DNA of 64,000 nucleotides from a virus, in the IMG/VR virus record IMGVR_UViG_3300043449_000692, positions 32,212 through 96,211 of that record, one strand, 5' to 3'. Both the position numbers and the translations under genes were made by a program. The notes under the pieces were generated by a model. The model was given only the letters and a program-made list of their open reading frames with translations. It ran no database searches and was not told where the DNA came from. The first letter of the stretch is position 1. Each line of letters begins with the position of its first letter. Positions 28,352 through 36,914 of this stretch are shown piece by piece.

Positions 28352-29153
28352 AGTCAGTCATCGTTGATTCTACCAGAGTTTCATGGAGTCGGAACACTTT
28401 GTTGCGACAAGACAGTATTCTACATCCAAGATCAGCCTGACACAAGCCAAAAAATTCATCTGCTGCACTGAATACTGTCTCGTAATCTGATATTGATCGT
28501 TTGATTTTTTCTAATCCTGATCTGCTTATCATGTATGCAGATGATCCGCTATACCACTGAACAGCGGTTTCGTATACTTCTTCATTGCGATACCCATCGG
28601 GACTAGCACTATAGTCACGATGGAAGCCTGTTCCCAACAAGAAAAAGTCAAACTCTTCTTTTAAGAATTGTGATAATGCGTTGGTCAAGAATTGGGATTC
28701 TCTGGACACTATATCCACATCGTCTTCAAGAATCAATGCATAATCGCATCCGCTATCATCAAATGCTTTTAAACACTTCATGTGAGATATACTACAACCA
28801 ATGGTTCCAAGATATAGAGCGGTTGTATACGGATTGTATCTGCTGCGAATCATTCCTGGCGGGATATACCTATAAACTTCTACTTGCCCGTCTGATGGGC
28901 GAGTATATTTGATGATGGTTGGTTTGACTACACCAAAAATTCGATCTCCACCCGCCAACACAACTTCATTTAGTTCAATTTCTTTTTCAGTATGATTGTC
29001 CAGCATATGCTTTCGATCTACGCCCTCACAGAAGTTTATTGGGAATCCAACATCCTTCATTTGGGAATCCACGCTCTTTTTTCTCTCTGGAGAGCGAAGC
29101 AAATTAATGCACAGAGGAAGAATAGTCTTTCCTTCGATGGTTGCAATATTCAT
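28344..29153 (-). CDS. GT25-family glycosyltransferase
   Basis: INLLRSPERK, GVD, IGCSISH, LILEDDV, AYMISRSG. Confidence 0.85.
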   Translation of the reverse strand: MNIATIEGKTILPLCINLLRSPERKKSVDSQMKDVGFPINFCEGVDRKHMLDNHTEKEIELNEVVLAGGDRIFGVVKPTIIKYTRPSDGQVEVYRYIPPGMIRSRYNPYTTALYLGTIGCSISHMKCLKAFDDSGCDYALILEDDVDIVSRESQFLTNALSQFLKEEFDFFLLGTGFHRDYSASPDGYRNEEVYETAVQWYSGSSAYMISRSGLEKIKRSISDYETVFSAADEFFGLCQADLGCRILSCRNKVFRLHETLVESTMTDYA

Positions 29154-29944
29154 AGGGTGACCGTTTTTACTGATGCATCAAACATTCTCATACCACTGAA
29201 GACGAACCAAGACGCGAGATATCTCTCCATCAACCCACCCTGCTGCCTACAGGTCTTTGCAGGATCAAAGCAGTCAATGTTTTTGTTGTCTGCAACCCAA
29301 CGCAGATAGCACACCAAATCCTTGAACTCGTTTCTGCCTATGATGAATGACGAGCAAAGTGGCAACTTGTTTTCATCGTGGAGGAAAATATCGTACTGCG
29401 TCTTGCGTGTTCCGTAGTACTCGTTGAAGTGTTCAGCCATGACTGAATAGCAGGACGGCTGACCCTGCAAACGCTGTGGATCGGTATAATCCATGCAAGT
29501 GCGATTCACTGGTAGTTCATATTCGCGGATAGGAAATGTGCGTAGTGCAAAGTACTCACGATCACTACGGATTCCCTTTGAGCCTTGCAGTTTCCAGTCA
29601 AAGAAATCAAACACAGGCATACCAGAAAAGTCAATCTCCATGCCGTGATCATATTGCGTCATGCCAATCCAATCACCAGTAATAACGGAATCAAAGGTTG
29701 ATGGATCGGAAACAAGATTCAACAGGAATTCAAATTCAGCCCATCGCGGACCATACGGAACAAATCCTGATAGCGTATTTGCATCAAGCACAGCAGAACG
29801 AATCCAATCTCTTTTTACCGAGTATTCGTGGTTTCCTACTCGGACAAAGGTGAACTTGTGCCGAGACTCCTTGTACGGCTCGTAAATGTCTTCACGAAGC
29901 CCCTTGTGAAAGAGGCAGAACATCTGAATATTTGGAGTGGTCAT
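29150..29944 (-). CDS. DUF4422-like putative glycosyltransferase
   Basis: WAEFE, WIGMTQY, SSFI, GGLMERY; ATGA-coupled on both sides. Confidence 0.55.
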   Translation of the reverse strand: MTTPNIQMFCLFHKGLREDIYEPYKESRHKFTFVRVGNHEYSVKRDWIRSAVLDANTLSGFVPYGPRWAEFEFLLNLVSDPSTFDSVITGDWIGMTQYDHGMEIDFSGMPVFDFFDWKLQGSKGIRSDREYFALRTFPIREYELPVNRTCMDYTDPQRLQGQPSCYSVMAEHFNEYYGTRKTQYDIFLHDENKLPLCSSFIIGRNEFKDLVCYLRWVADNKNIDCFDPAKTCRQQGGLMERYLASWFVFSGMRMFDASVKTVTL

Positions 29945-30651
29945 CGTGGATCTCGGGTGTGAAAAATGTATTGGTGTTCTTCCGTATTCTCGCCGTGTTG
30001 AACACCCCACTGTGTGGGATCAGGCAATATAGTGATCCCGTGCTTCTTTGTCAAGAGGCTCCATATGGATTGATCGTGGCGATGATCTTTGAAGTCGGGT
30101 TCAACCCATCCATCAGAGTTCGGAGAATCCGTGACCAAATGTGGATTGGTAGCCAAAGACAAGTATTCAGTCAACAATCCCCGTGCAAAATCAGTCCCTC
30201 TGAAGCACATGAAACTAGCCATTCGTTGGGGGCTATCGGTGTATTCTGAAGAATACATTCCCATATGCAGGAACAGATCCCGCTTCGTCCATAACCTTTC
30301 GGAATGCTTTCCTGCTAGAGTAAAACAAAGAACTCCTCGCTTGTCAGCCCGAACAGAATCAAAAACTGGTTCTATTCTACGCACAAAAACTGATCCAGAA
30401 TCAGCATAAAACAAGATATCATCTTCTCTCATGGTCTTCAAAATGCGTTGAATGAAATACGGCTTCCATAGCCAGTATCCAACACCTCTGCGCTGATTCA
30501 GAATATCACTGTGGCGTGTAGAAAAATCAGAGTCAATCTCATTCCGATTCATCTGATATACCACATTAAATCCTGCTGCAAGACCTGTCTGACTGTTCTT
30601 GAACTGAGACTCCAAGAATTTTCCGTCTGCGTAATTTAGAAGAATTTTCAC
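29941..30651 (-). CDS. Putative GT-A glycosyltransferase ('RHDQS' family), paralog 2
   Basis: GYWLWKPY, YADSG, WTKRD, HRHDQSIWS. Confidence 0.7.
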   Translation of the reverse strand: MKILLNYADGKFLESQFKNSQTGLAAGFNVVYQMNRNEIDSDFSTRHSDILNQRRGVGYWLWKPYFIQRILKTMREDDILFYADSGSVFVRRIEPVFDSVRADKRGVLCFTLAGKHSERLWTKRDLFLHMGMYSSEYTDSPQRMASFMCFRGTDFARGLLTEYLSLATNPHLVTDSPNSDGWVEPDFKDHRHDQSIWSLLTKKHGITILPDPTQWGVQHGENTEEHQYIFHTRDPR

Positions 30652-31289
30652 TGCTGCTCCTGTGGAACAAGCGAAGCAGTGGTCTTTGAGTTGTAGATGT
30701 AGCCGTGCAAAGAATCATCAATGTGATGCTCGGTCTGAATCTTCGGATACAGACGCATGAGCCAGTCAATGTCTTCCGTGGACTGCCCATTGGCTCCGTA
30801 GACAGGATTGAATGCCTCGGTGATTGCAATGTCGCGCCGCCACAGGCACATATGGTAGGGAGGACGCTTGATGCCACCAAGGAATCCGTCTTCGTCCCGC
30901 CACAGATGACCGTGGGGGTTTCCGATACCGAACTCTACATCCATTGGCTCACCGTCAAGGTTGCACCACTGATTGAAAGTAATGCAGTCAACCCCTTCGT
31001 GTTCATCAATGGCTTGCAGAATCTTGCTCATGTAGTCCTTGCTCACGGCATCATCATCATCCAAGAAGGCGATATACTTGCCACGCGCTGACATGAGCAG
31101 GTCATTACGCTTTTCTGAAATGCTTTTGGAGCGGTTGTCTAGCATGACAAGGATTTCCACCGACTTCGGCTGTCCCGTGGCATCGGCTTGCTTCTGAAGA
31201 TGCTCCACAGCAGACTTCATGGATTCGATCCGCTCGGGAATGGACAGGATCAGAACACTGAACTTGATATCACTTGCTGGTACTGGCAT
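30648..31289 (-). CDS. GT2-family glycosyltransferase
   Basis: FSVLI, KRN..L..ARGKYIAFLDDDD, EDIDW. Confidence 0.85.
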   Translation of the reverse strand: MPVPASDIKFSVLILSIPERIESMKSAVEHLQKQADATGQPKSVEILVMLDNRSKSISEKRNDLLMSARGKYIAFLDDDDAVSKDYMSKILQAIDEHEGVDCITFNQWCNLDGEPMDVEFGIGNPHGHLWRDEDGFLGGIKRPPYHMCLWRRDIAITEAFNPVYGANGQSTEDIDWLMRLYPKIQTEHHIDDSLHGYIYNSKTTASLVPQEQQ

Positions 31290-31974
31290 AGAACATAGTC
31301 TCCATGTCAAACTTGTTTGCGGCTCGCCGCTTGAAGGTTTCACCATCAACACCATACATTTCTTTGTTCTCATTCCTTGCATGGAGTTCGTCCCACGGTT
31401 CACCGCTCCACTGATGCTGAATGATACACAGGTCGCAGCGGCGCAGTTTACCCAATGCCATGCACACCTGTGTCTGCTCGTTGTCGCAGTACAGGGACTT
31501 GTATTCAGGGTTGTAGATGTAGCCGAAACGCTTGTATAGGGGGAAGCCCATGACCGTCAGAGTCATCAGGGGATCTTCCTTTGGGCGCAGACCGTCCCAG
31601 AACTTGATTGCACCGTCATAGTCGGGGAAAGCCTGCTCGTACACCTTGGCAATGATGTCATCGTAGCCCATCTGCACAGGAACCATGTCATCGGACGCAA
31701 GCAGCAGCACATCGCCGTCCACGCCCTCTAGGTTAGCGTTGCAGGCTTCGATCTTGCTCTTGGAGTGTCCGTAGAAGCACTCAATGTTTGCACAACGAGC
31801 GCGAGTGGCAATCCACTGCTGCATCTCGGGGGTGTTCATGGTGGCATCGTCCTCGTCCATCGTGACGATGAAACGCACATCATGCCGTCCGCTAAGGAAG
31901 GTAAGATAGCGCGTGAACACAGCCTTGAACTTGTCGGGACGATTACGGGTTGGAAACTTAATCACTAGTCTCAT
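31270..31974 (-). CDS. GT-A (GT2-like) glycosyltransferase
   Basis: FPTRNRP, DEDD, KIEACN, ASDDM, YCDNE. Confidence 0.75.
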   Translation of the reverse strand: MRLVIKFPTRNRPDKFKAVFTRYLTFLSGRHDVRFIVTMDEDDATMNTPEMQQWIATRARCANIECFYGHSKSKIEACNANLEGVDGDVLLLASDDMVPVQMGYDDIIAKVYEQAFPDYDGAIKFWDGLRPKEDPLMTLTVMGFPLYKRFGYIYNPEYKSLYCDNEQTQVCMALGKLRRCDLCIIQHQWSGEPWDELHARNENKEMYGVDGETFKRRAANKFDMETMFYASTSK

Positions 31975-31990
31975 TATGAATATCTCTCTT

Positions 31991-32428
31991 TCACTCTTCG
32001 GGCTTCATGGTCTTCTTTGACCGTCCTATATGGTATTTAGGGCAGAGTTCCCACTCCCCCTTCTCCTTGAACGGAAGGATCTTTATTTTGTTGAGGGGAA
32101 CCTTGTCCGTGATCTTTGTCTTGTCCACGATCTTCACCAAGCCCCACTCCTCAAGCAGACACGCGATGGTGTTGCGCCGTCCAGTGTCTTCGGTGTTGAT
32201 GGAGGTTGGTAGATCATCAAGCGCAAACATCTCCTTGAAGTGGACAATGTAGTACTTGCCCTTCTTGTGGAGAATATGGCATGACTGCCACAACTTCTTT
32301 TCGGCTCGGGAAGATACGCCAATGCGGGTCAGCGTTTCACGGACTTTCAAGAAGTCATCAGGTTTCTGTAGCGTGACCTCAAGCAGATCCTTTGTCTCAA
32401 GGTCGATATAGCGTTCGTTTTGTTCCAT
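31991..32428 (-). CDS. regA: Translational repressor RegA
   Basis: DDFLKVRETLTRIG, QSCHILHKKGKYYIVHFKEMFALD, RRNTIA. Confidence 0.96.
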   Translation of the reverse strand: MEQNERYIDLETKDLLEVTLQKPDDFLKVRETLTRIGVSSRAEKKLWQSCHILHKKGKYYIVHFKEMFALDDLPTSINTEDTGRRNTIACLLEEWGLVKIVDKTKITDKVPLNKIKILPFKEKGEWELCPKYHIGRSKKTMKPEE

Positions 32429-32465
32429 GTTGCGTTCACTCCCAAATATTGAACAGACACGGAAC

Positions 32466-32472
32466 TATTTAG
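32466..32472 (-). promoter_or_regulatory. Putative late promoter CTAAATA upstream of regA and the glycosyltransferase cluster
   Basis: Intergenic, immediately after the gp62 stop. Confidence 0.6.
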
Positions 32473-32473
32473 A

Positions 32474-32866
32474 TCAACGCCGCTTTCCACCTTTGTTCAC
32501 AGCCGCTAGTATCTCCTCCATATCGCCTTCAGACAGCACGGAGAGGGCTTCCCGTGCCTTCCGCGTGGAGATGCCGTAGTACTCCACAAGAGCCGCCACA
32601 CGGGTATCTTCCTCCCGCTTCAGCCACTTGGAGAACCGCTTGCGAGGACGCACCGCACCCCGCAGGAAGTCAAAGTGCATTTTTGAATCCAAGTGGGGGC
32701 GGATGTTCATCTCGTTCGCGGCGAACAGGGTGTCAGGGAAATACGACAAGCAGCGCGTCACCACGAACGGTGGATACGACTGCTTTGTGTACGACTCGCT
32801 CTCGTCCAAGAGCGGTTCCTTGTTCACATTGATGGCATTCAAATAATCAGTCAGTTGGTGCGACAT
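32474..32866 (-). CDS. gp62: Clamp loader small subunit
   Basis: YPPFVVTRCLS, ANEMN, RKRFSKW, EYYG. Confidence 0.92.
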   Translation of the reverse strand: MSHQLTDYLNAINVNKEPLLDESESYTKQSYPPFVVTRCLSYFPDTLFAANEMNIRPHLDSKMHFDFLRGAVRPRKRFSKWLKREEDTRVAALVEYYGISTRKAREALSVLSEGDMEEILAAVNKGGKRR

Positions 32867-33117
32867 CGTGTCTTCCTGCCATTGGTTTTCTTGTTGTATT
32901 CCTTCAGGTATTGCTTGTTGATACGCATCATCGCATCAAGTTCGGATCGTGGCATTTTGGTGATGTCCTGCTTCATCATCCGCTGAACGGCTTCAGGCAT
33001 TATGGAATAGTGCGGGGGATCAGGAAAATCAACAGGACTTACAGGTGTCTGATACTCTCGCCTGTCCTTGAAATCCTTGAACACTCTACCTTTTCGCAGA
33101 CTCCGATTCCGTGCCAT
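32851..33117 (-). CDS. Basic hypothetical protein inserted between gp44 and gp62
   Basis: TAATG overlap with the gp44 stop. Confidence 0.6.
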   Translation of the reverse strand: MARNRSLRKGRVFKDFKDRREYQTPVSPVDFPDPPHYSIMPEAVQRMMKQDITKMPRSELDAMMRINKQYLKEYNKKTNGRKTRCRTN

Positions 33118-34070
33118 TACTTGAACTTCACTTCCATCATCAATTGCACAAGACACGCCGTCAGATTGATCTCATGGTCGGCTGCAAACGCTGCCTTGTA
33201 CTGATAATCACCAAGCACAAGAATGGCTTGAGGAATGGAACCAGGCTCCGCAGTCTCGTACAGGCTGTCGTAGATCGCACGGAAGATGCGGGTCTGATCG
33301 TTGTCCAAGTTCTCCACCACCCACTTGCGGACAGCACCGAAATCCTTGGACTTCATGTGCTTGACGAGTTCCTTCACAGCCACATCACCCACGCTGTTCA
33401 GGATGCCCACATCAATCTTGCCGTTTGCGGCGTACCGCTGCAACTCGTTCAGTGTGCGGCGGAAGTCGGGGAAGTACTTCATAATGAGTTGGGCTACCAC
33501 CTTCTCATCATACTGCACCCCTTCCGCCTCAAGGATTTCCGCTGCCCGCTTCAGGAACTTCACCGCTAGAGCAGGCTTCTCCTTGGACGGAATGCGGAAG
33601 TCAATGCAGGTGCATCGGGAGTGCAACGGCTCAATCACCCTGTTCTTGAAGTTGCAAGTCAGGATGAAGCGGCAGTTGTCCGCAAACTCTTCAATGAAAC
33701 CGCGAAGGGCGGGTTGAGTGGACTGTGCGTTTGAATAGTCAAACTCGTCCAAGATCACGACCTTTTTGACCCCATCGGTCAAGGACACGGTGGAAGCGAA
33801 ACTCCTGATCTTTGTACGGAGGGTGTCAATGTTCCCGTCCTCGGAGCAGTTGATGATCATTGTGTCACAACCAAGATCATTACAAAGTGCCTTCGCCACG
33901 GAGGTCTTGCCACAGCCTGGTCCTCCCGACAACAGGAGGTTCTGTGGTTCTCCCCGTTCAACCATCCGCATGAAACTCTCATGCGTTTCCGTTGGCAAAA
34001 TGCAGTCTTCCACGGTCTGTGGGCGGTACTTCTCAACCCAAAGACCCTTCACGGTTTCAGTTGTATTCAC
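33117..34070 (-). CDS. gp44: Clamp loader large subunit
   Basis: WVEKYRP, GPGCGKT, DEFD, LHSRC, PDFRR. Confidence 0.96.
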   Translation of the reverse strand: MNTTETVKGLWVEKYRPQTVEDCILPTETHESFMRMVERGEPQNLLLSGGPGCGKTSVAKALCNDLGCDTMIINCSEDGNIDTLRTKIRSFASTVSLTDGVKKVVILDEFDYSNAQSTQPALRGFIEEFADNCRFILTCNFKNRVIEPLHSRCTCIDFRIPSKEKPALAVKFLKRAAEILEAEGVQYDEKVVAQLIMKYFPDFRRTLNELQRYAANGKIDVGILNSVGDVAVKELVKHMKSKDFGAVRKWVVENLDNDQTRIFRAIYDSLYETAEPGSIPQAILVLGDYQYKAAFAADHEINLTACLVQLMMEVKFK

Positions 34071-34073
34071 GAA

Positions 34074-34781
34074 TCAAGCCTCGTAGGTAGAGTCGGCGTT
34101 CAGAGCAATCCAATAGGTCAGCGGTTCATTCTTGTTGGAGAAGGACGAAACAACCTTCTCCGAAATGGCAACGGTATAGTCGCCAGGCAGGATCTTCAGG
34201 TTCTCCACATCAAAGATGAACTCAAATGTGGCTCCTGAAGTGTTGTCTCCCACCACAAGCGAATAGAAGTTGGAAGTCACATCTCCCTTGTCCGTGGCGG
34301 CAAGTTCAATCTTGGAACCATCAGCAGACGAGCGGACACACAGGTGTCCCACCTGAAGCACGGACGCTGCCTTGATGATGTCCGCGAAATCTTTTGCGGT
34401 GAGATCAAACTGCACCACGGGGGACGGCATGGCGATCTTCTTGCTTGTGGAAGTCACCAACTTTGGGTCGCAGTAGTAGTATCGCACACTGGACTTGCCG
34501 CTCTTCACCGTGATGTAGTTCTCTTCAAATACGAACTCTGGATCCTTGAACAGGCTCACGGTGCCAAGGAACTTGTTCAAGTCCCAAATGGCAAACGACT
34601 TTGTGAAAGTCTCGCCAACCTTGGCTTCCGCGAGAATGTTCTTCGTGGATGACAGCGTGTTGAGGGTATTACCCTCGTTCACGATGATACCAGAGTTGAT
34701 GGATGCGAAGTTCTTGAGTATTTCAAGAGTCCGCTTTGAGATGGTGGTGGAATTACTGGTCATTGTCTTCGTACTCGTCAT
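34074..34781 (-). CDS. gp45: Sliding clamp (start 34781 or 34763)
   Basis: TLEILKNFASIN, IWDLNKFL, ENLKILPGDY, YWIAL. Confidence 0.93.
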   Translation of the reverse strand: MTSTKTMTSNSTTISKRTLEILKNFASINSGIIVNEGNTLNTLSSTKNILAEAKVGETFTKSFAIWDLNKFLGTVSLFKDPEFVFEENYITVKSGKSSVRYYYCDPKLVTSTSKKIAMPSPVVQFDLTAKDFADIIKAASVLQVGHLCVRSSADGSKIELAATDKGDVTSNFYSLVVGDNTSGATFEFIFDVENLKILPGDYTVAISEKVVSSFSNKNEPLTYWIALNADSTYEA

Positions 34782-34944
34782 AATCAAAATCTCGCTTTCC
34801 TGCATTGTATTCGTCCATAAAACGCTTCAGATGTTCCTTTTCATCATGTCGCCTCGCGCTCTTGTGCTTGCGCTCTACGCTTTTACGCGCCTTTCTCGCA
34901 CTAGGATCGCGGTCGTATTCACTCCAGTCATTACTTCTGCTCAT
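34753..34944 (-). CDS. Small charged hypothetical protein
   Basis: 63 aa, basic N-half and acidic C-terminus; fills the gap between rnh and gp45. Confidence 0.6.
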   Translation of the reverse strand: MSRSNDWSEYDRDPSARKARKSVERKHKSARRHDEKEHLKRFMDEYNAGKRDFDYDEYEDNDQ

Positions 34945-34945
34945 T

Positions 34946-35794
34946 TCAGAAATCTCCGATGTCCTCAATCAAGTTGCGTAGTCCCTTCTCAATCATGTAG
35001 TTCAGAATCTTGGCGCGAGAGGGTGTAAAGGGTTTATTCCACTCCGATTCAATTCTTTCTTCGTACTCCGCAGGAATGTGCAGCAAGTCGATAAGAGTCT
35101 TGTTGCGATTCCAATTAGCGGAATACTTTGTAGCAATGTTGCCTGTCTCGGCGTAGAACTCCAAGATTTCTTCCATTCGCTTCTTCGTCACAGGCTTCTG
35201 TCGCTTGGACTCATCCACAAACGAATCATCATCCGACAGCACATTCGGAACACCATCGGAAGAGTCTCCCTTGATGATGTGTTCAAGCAGATACTGCTTT
35301 GGATTCTCTACCGTGATGAACTTCTTCAGCAGGGGCGAGTACTGATCAACGCCAGGATACAGTTGCAGTTGACCAAAGTCCTTGTCTCCGCTCAAGATCA
35401 GAATCTTCTCGGTGGGAGCGTATCGCTTCGTCAGGAATGCAATGATGTCATCGGCTTCGCAGCCCTGAACAATCATGTTTCTGTACGGGAAAATCTGCGC
35501 GACTTCATCGCGGATCGTATTGATAATGCTGTAGAACCGCTCCCACTGCTCGGGGTTTTCCTTGCGATCAGCCCTACGCTTTGCCTTGTATAGAGGAAAG
35601 AAATCGCGCCGCCAAGATGCACCGCCGTCTTGACAGATCACCAATTCTCCGTACTCGCGGAAGAACTTCTTGCGGTACATACGGTAGGTGTTCAGCACCA
35701 TATGGCGCACAAGGTGTTCGTCAATTGCACCGATGTCCCGTTGCTGTGCAAAGATGGAGGACATCAGAACCTGTGTGTTGTCTACGAGAATCAT
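34946..35794 (-). CDS. rnh: T4 RNase H-like 5'-3' exonuclease
   Basis: WRRDFFPLYK, EADDIIA, SGDKDF, GDSSDGVPN. Confidence 0.93.
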   Translation of the reverse strand: MILVDNTQVLMSSIFAQQRDIGAIDEHLVRHMVLNTYRMYRKKFFREYGELVICQDGGASWRRDFFPLYKAKRRADRKENPEQWERFYSIINTIRDEVAQIFPYRNMIVQGCEADDIIAFLTKRYAPTEKILILSGDKDFGQLQLYPGVDQYSPLLKKFITVENPKQYLLEHIIKGDSSDGVPNVLSDDDSFVDESKRQKPVTKKRMEEILEFYAETGNIATKYSANWNRNKTLIDLLHIPAEYEERIESEWNKPFTPSRAKILNYMIEKGLRNLIEDIGDF

Positions 35795-36912
35795 TACTGT
35801 ACCTGTAGAATAAGGCAGTGCTTGTTCACACGACCTGTAGGAGTTCCTGCTTTGGTCTTCACGCCGTTGAGGTAACGCACCGCAGCGGTAAAACTCTTTC
35901 TGCATCCATCGGCATTCTTCACAAAGTCTTCAGGCTTGCGGACAGTCTTTTCAAAAGACTTTGCGGAATCGAATCCCATGACCGTAGACCCCTTCACGGA
36001 CAGTCCGCTCTTGGGTTCTACTGCCACAAAAACTGTAGCCTTGTTGTTCTTGGTGTTGAACATGATGAAGCCTTGTGACCCAATGATATCACTTGCTTTC
36101 GCAGAGTCAACACCAAATGTCTCACATCTTGGCAAGAACTTCAATCCCTTGATCTGCGCCTGTACGCTCTTGGGCTTGCGCTTACGGGGCTTGCGAGAAG
36201 CCTTCAGAACACCAAGGCGGTCATTCAAATTACGAATGGCTTCCTCGAAATATTCTACAAGGGTCTTCAGGCTCTTGGGTTTTAGATATGAGTATCCTTC
36301 AACCAAGTCTGCGTCCGTCTTGTCGTGCGCTGCCTTCAGGTCAGTGTAAGACTGCTCTAGGCGGTGAAGTGCTACCGTAGCCATAGGCTTGTTTAGATCA
36401 GCCCCCTTGATCCAGTCCATGAGGGGATTGGGCTTCTTCTTGGTCGCCATAACGCTCTCAATGGCAGTATCAAGCACAGGCTCAAGGGTGGTCAGCATCT
36501 CATTTGCCTTGGCTTCAATCCGATCCTGAACCGTTACCCGCTCGGTCGGCTCCTTTGGAACGCGCTTCCGTGCGTCATCAAGCAGTTCATCCACATTCTT
36601 GCGGATAAACTCCCGCTGCTTGTCTGTGAGGGGAAACCCACGACTGGCGCAGCGGCAGTACGGAGAGATCATCTTTAGTAAATTTTTAGATGCACGGGAC
36701 ACCAGTTTTGCGTTCTCGTCACGACCCTCCGCAGTTAGCCACTCCACAATCCACTTCTTCGCGGCAGACGAATTGAAGTTCTGCCGATACCAGTGGAGAG
36801 ACTTTTCCAAAAGCAGATCGGTGTCTGCGTCTTGAGGAATGGCTGTAAAGTCAGGCTCATCGCCTCCCGAAAGAATGCTGCGAGCGCGTTCGTTGGACAG
36901 TTTCCGACTCAT
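35794..36912 (-). CDS. Conserved T4-like hypothetical protein
   Basis: LVEGYS, RKPRKRK, FNTKN, LSVKGST, KTVRKP, GRVN pattern. Confidence 0.75.
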   Translation of the reverse strand: MSRKLSNERARSILSGGDEPDFTAIPQDADTDLLLEKSLHWYRQNFNSSAAKKWIVEWLTAEGRDENAKLVSRASKNLLKMISPYCRCASRGFPLTDKQREFIRKNVDELLDDARKRVPKEPTERVTVQDRIEAKANEMLTTLEPVLDTAIESVMATKKKPNPLMDWIKGADLNKPMATVALHRLEQSYTDLKAAHDKTDADLVEGYSYLKPKSLKTLVEYFEEAIRNLNDRLGVLKASRKPRKRKPKSVQAQIKGLKFLPRCETFGVDSAKASDIIGSQGFIMFNTKNNKATVFVAVEPKSGLSVKGSTVMGFDSAKSFEKTVRKPEDFVKNADGCRKSFTAAVRYLNGVKTKAGTPTGRVNKHCLILQVQ

Positions 36913-36914
36913 GG

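Noticed and set aside
22704-31974. Bacterial O-antigen locus (contamination or chimera), or T4-style hmC glucosylation
   Set aside because: The cluster is seamlessly coupled to phage genes and shares their site avoidance; it lacks wzx/wzy/transport genes; no dCMP hydroxymethylase or alpha/beta-glucosyltransferase was recognised in the window, though one elsewhere is not excluded
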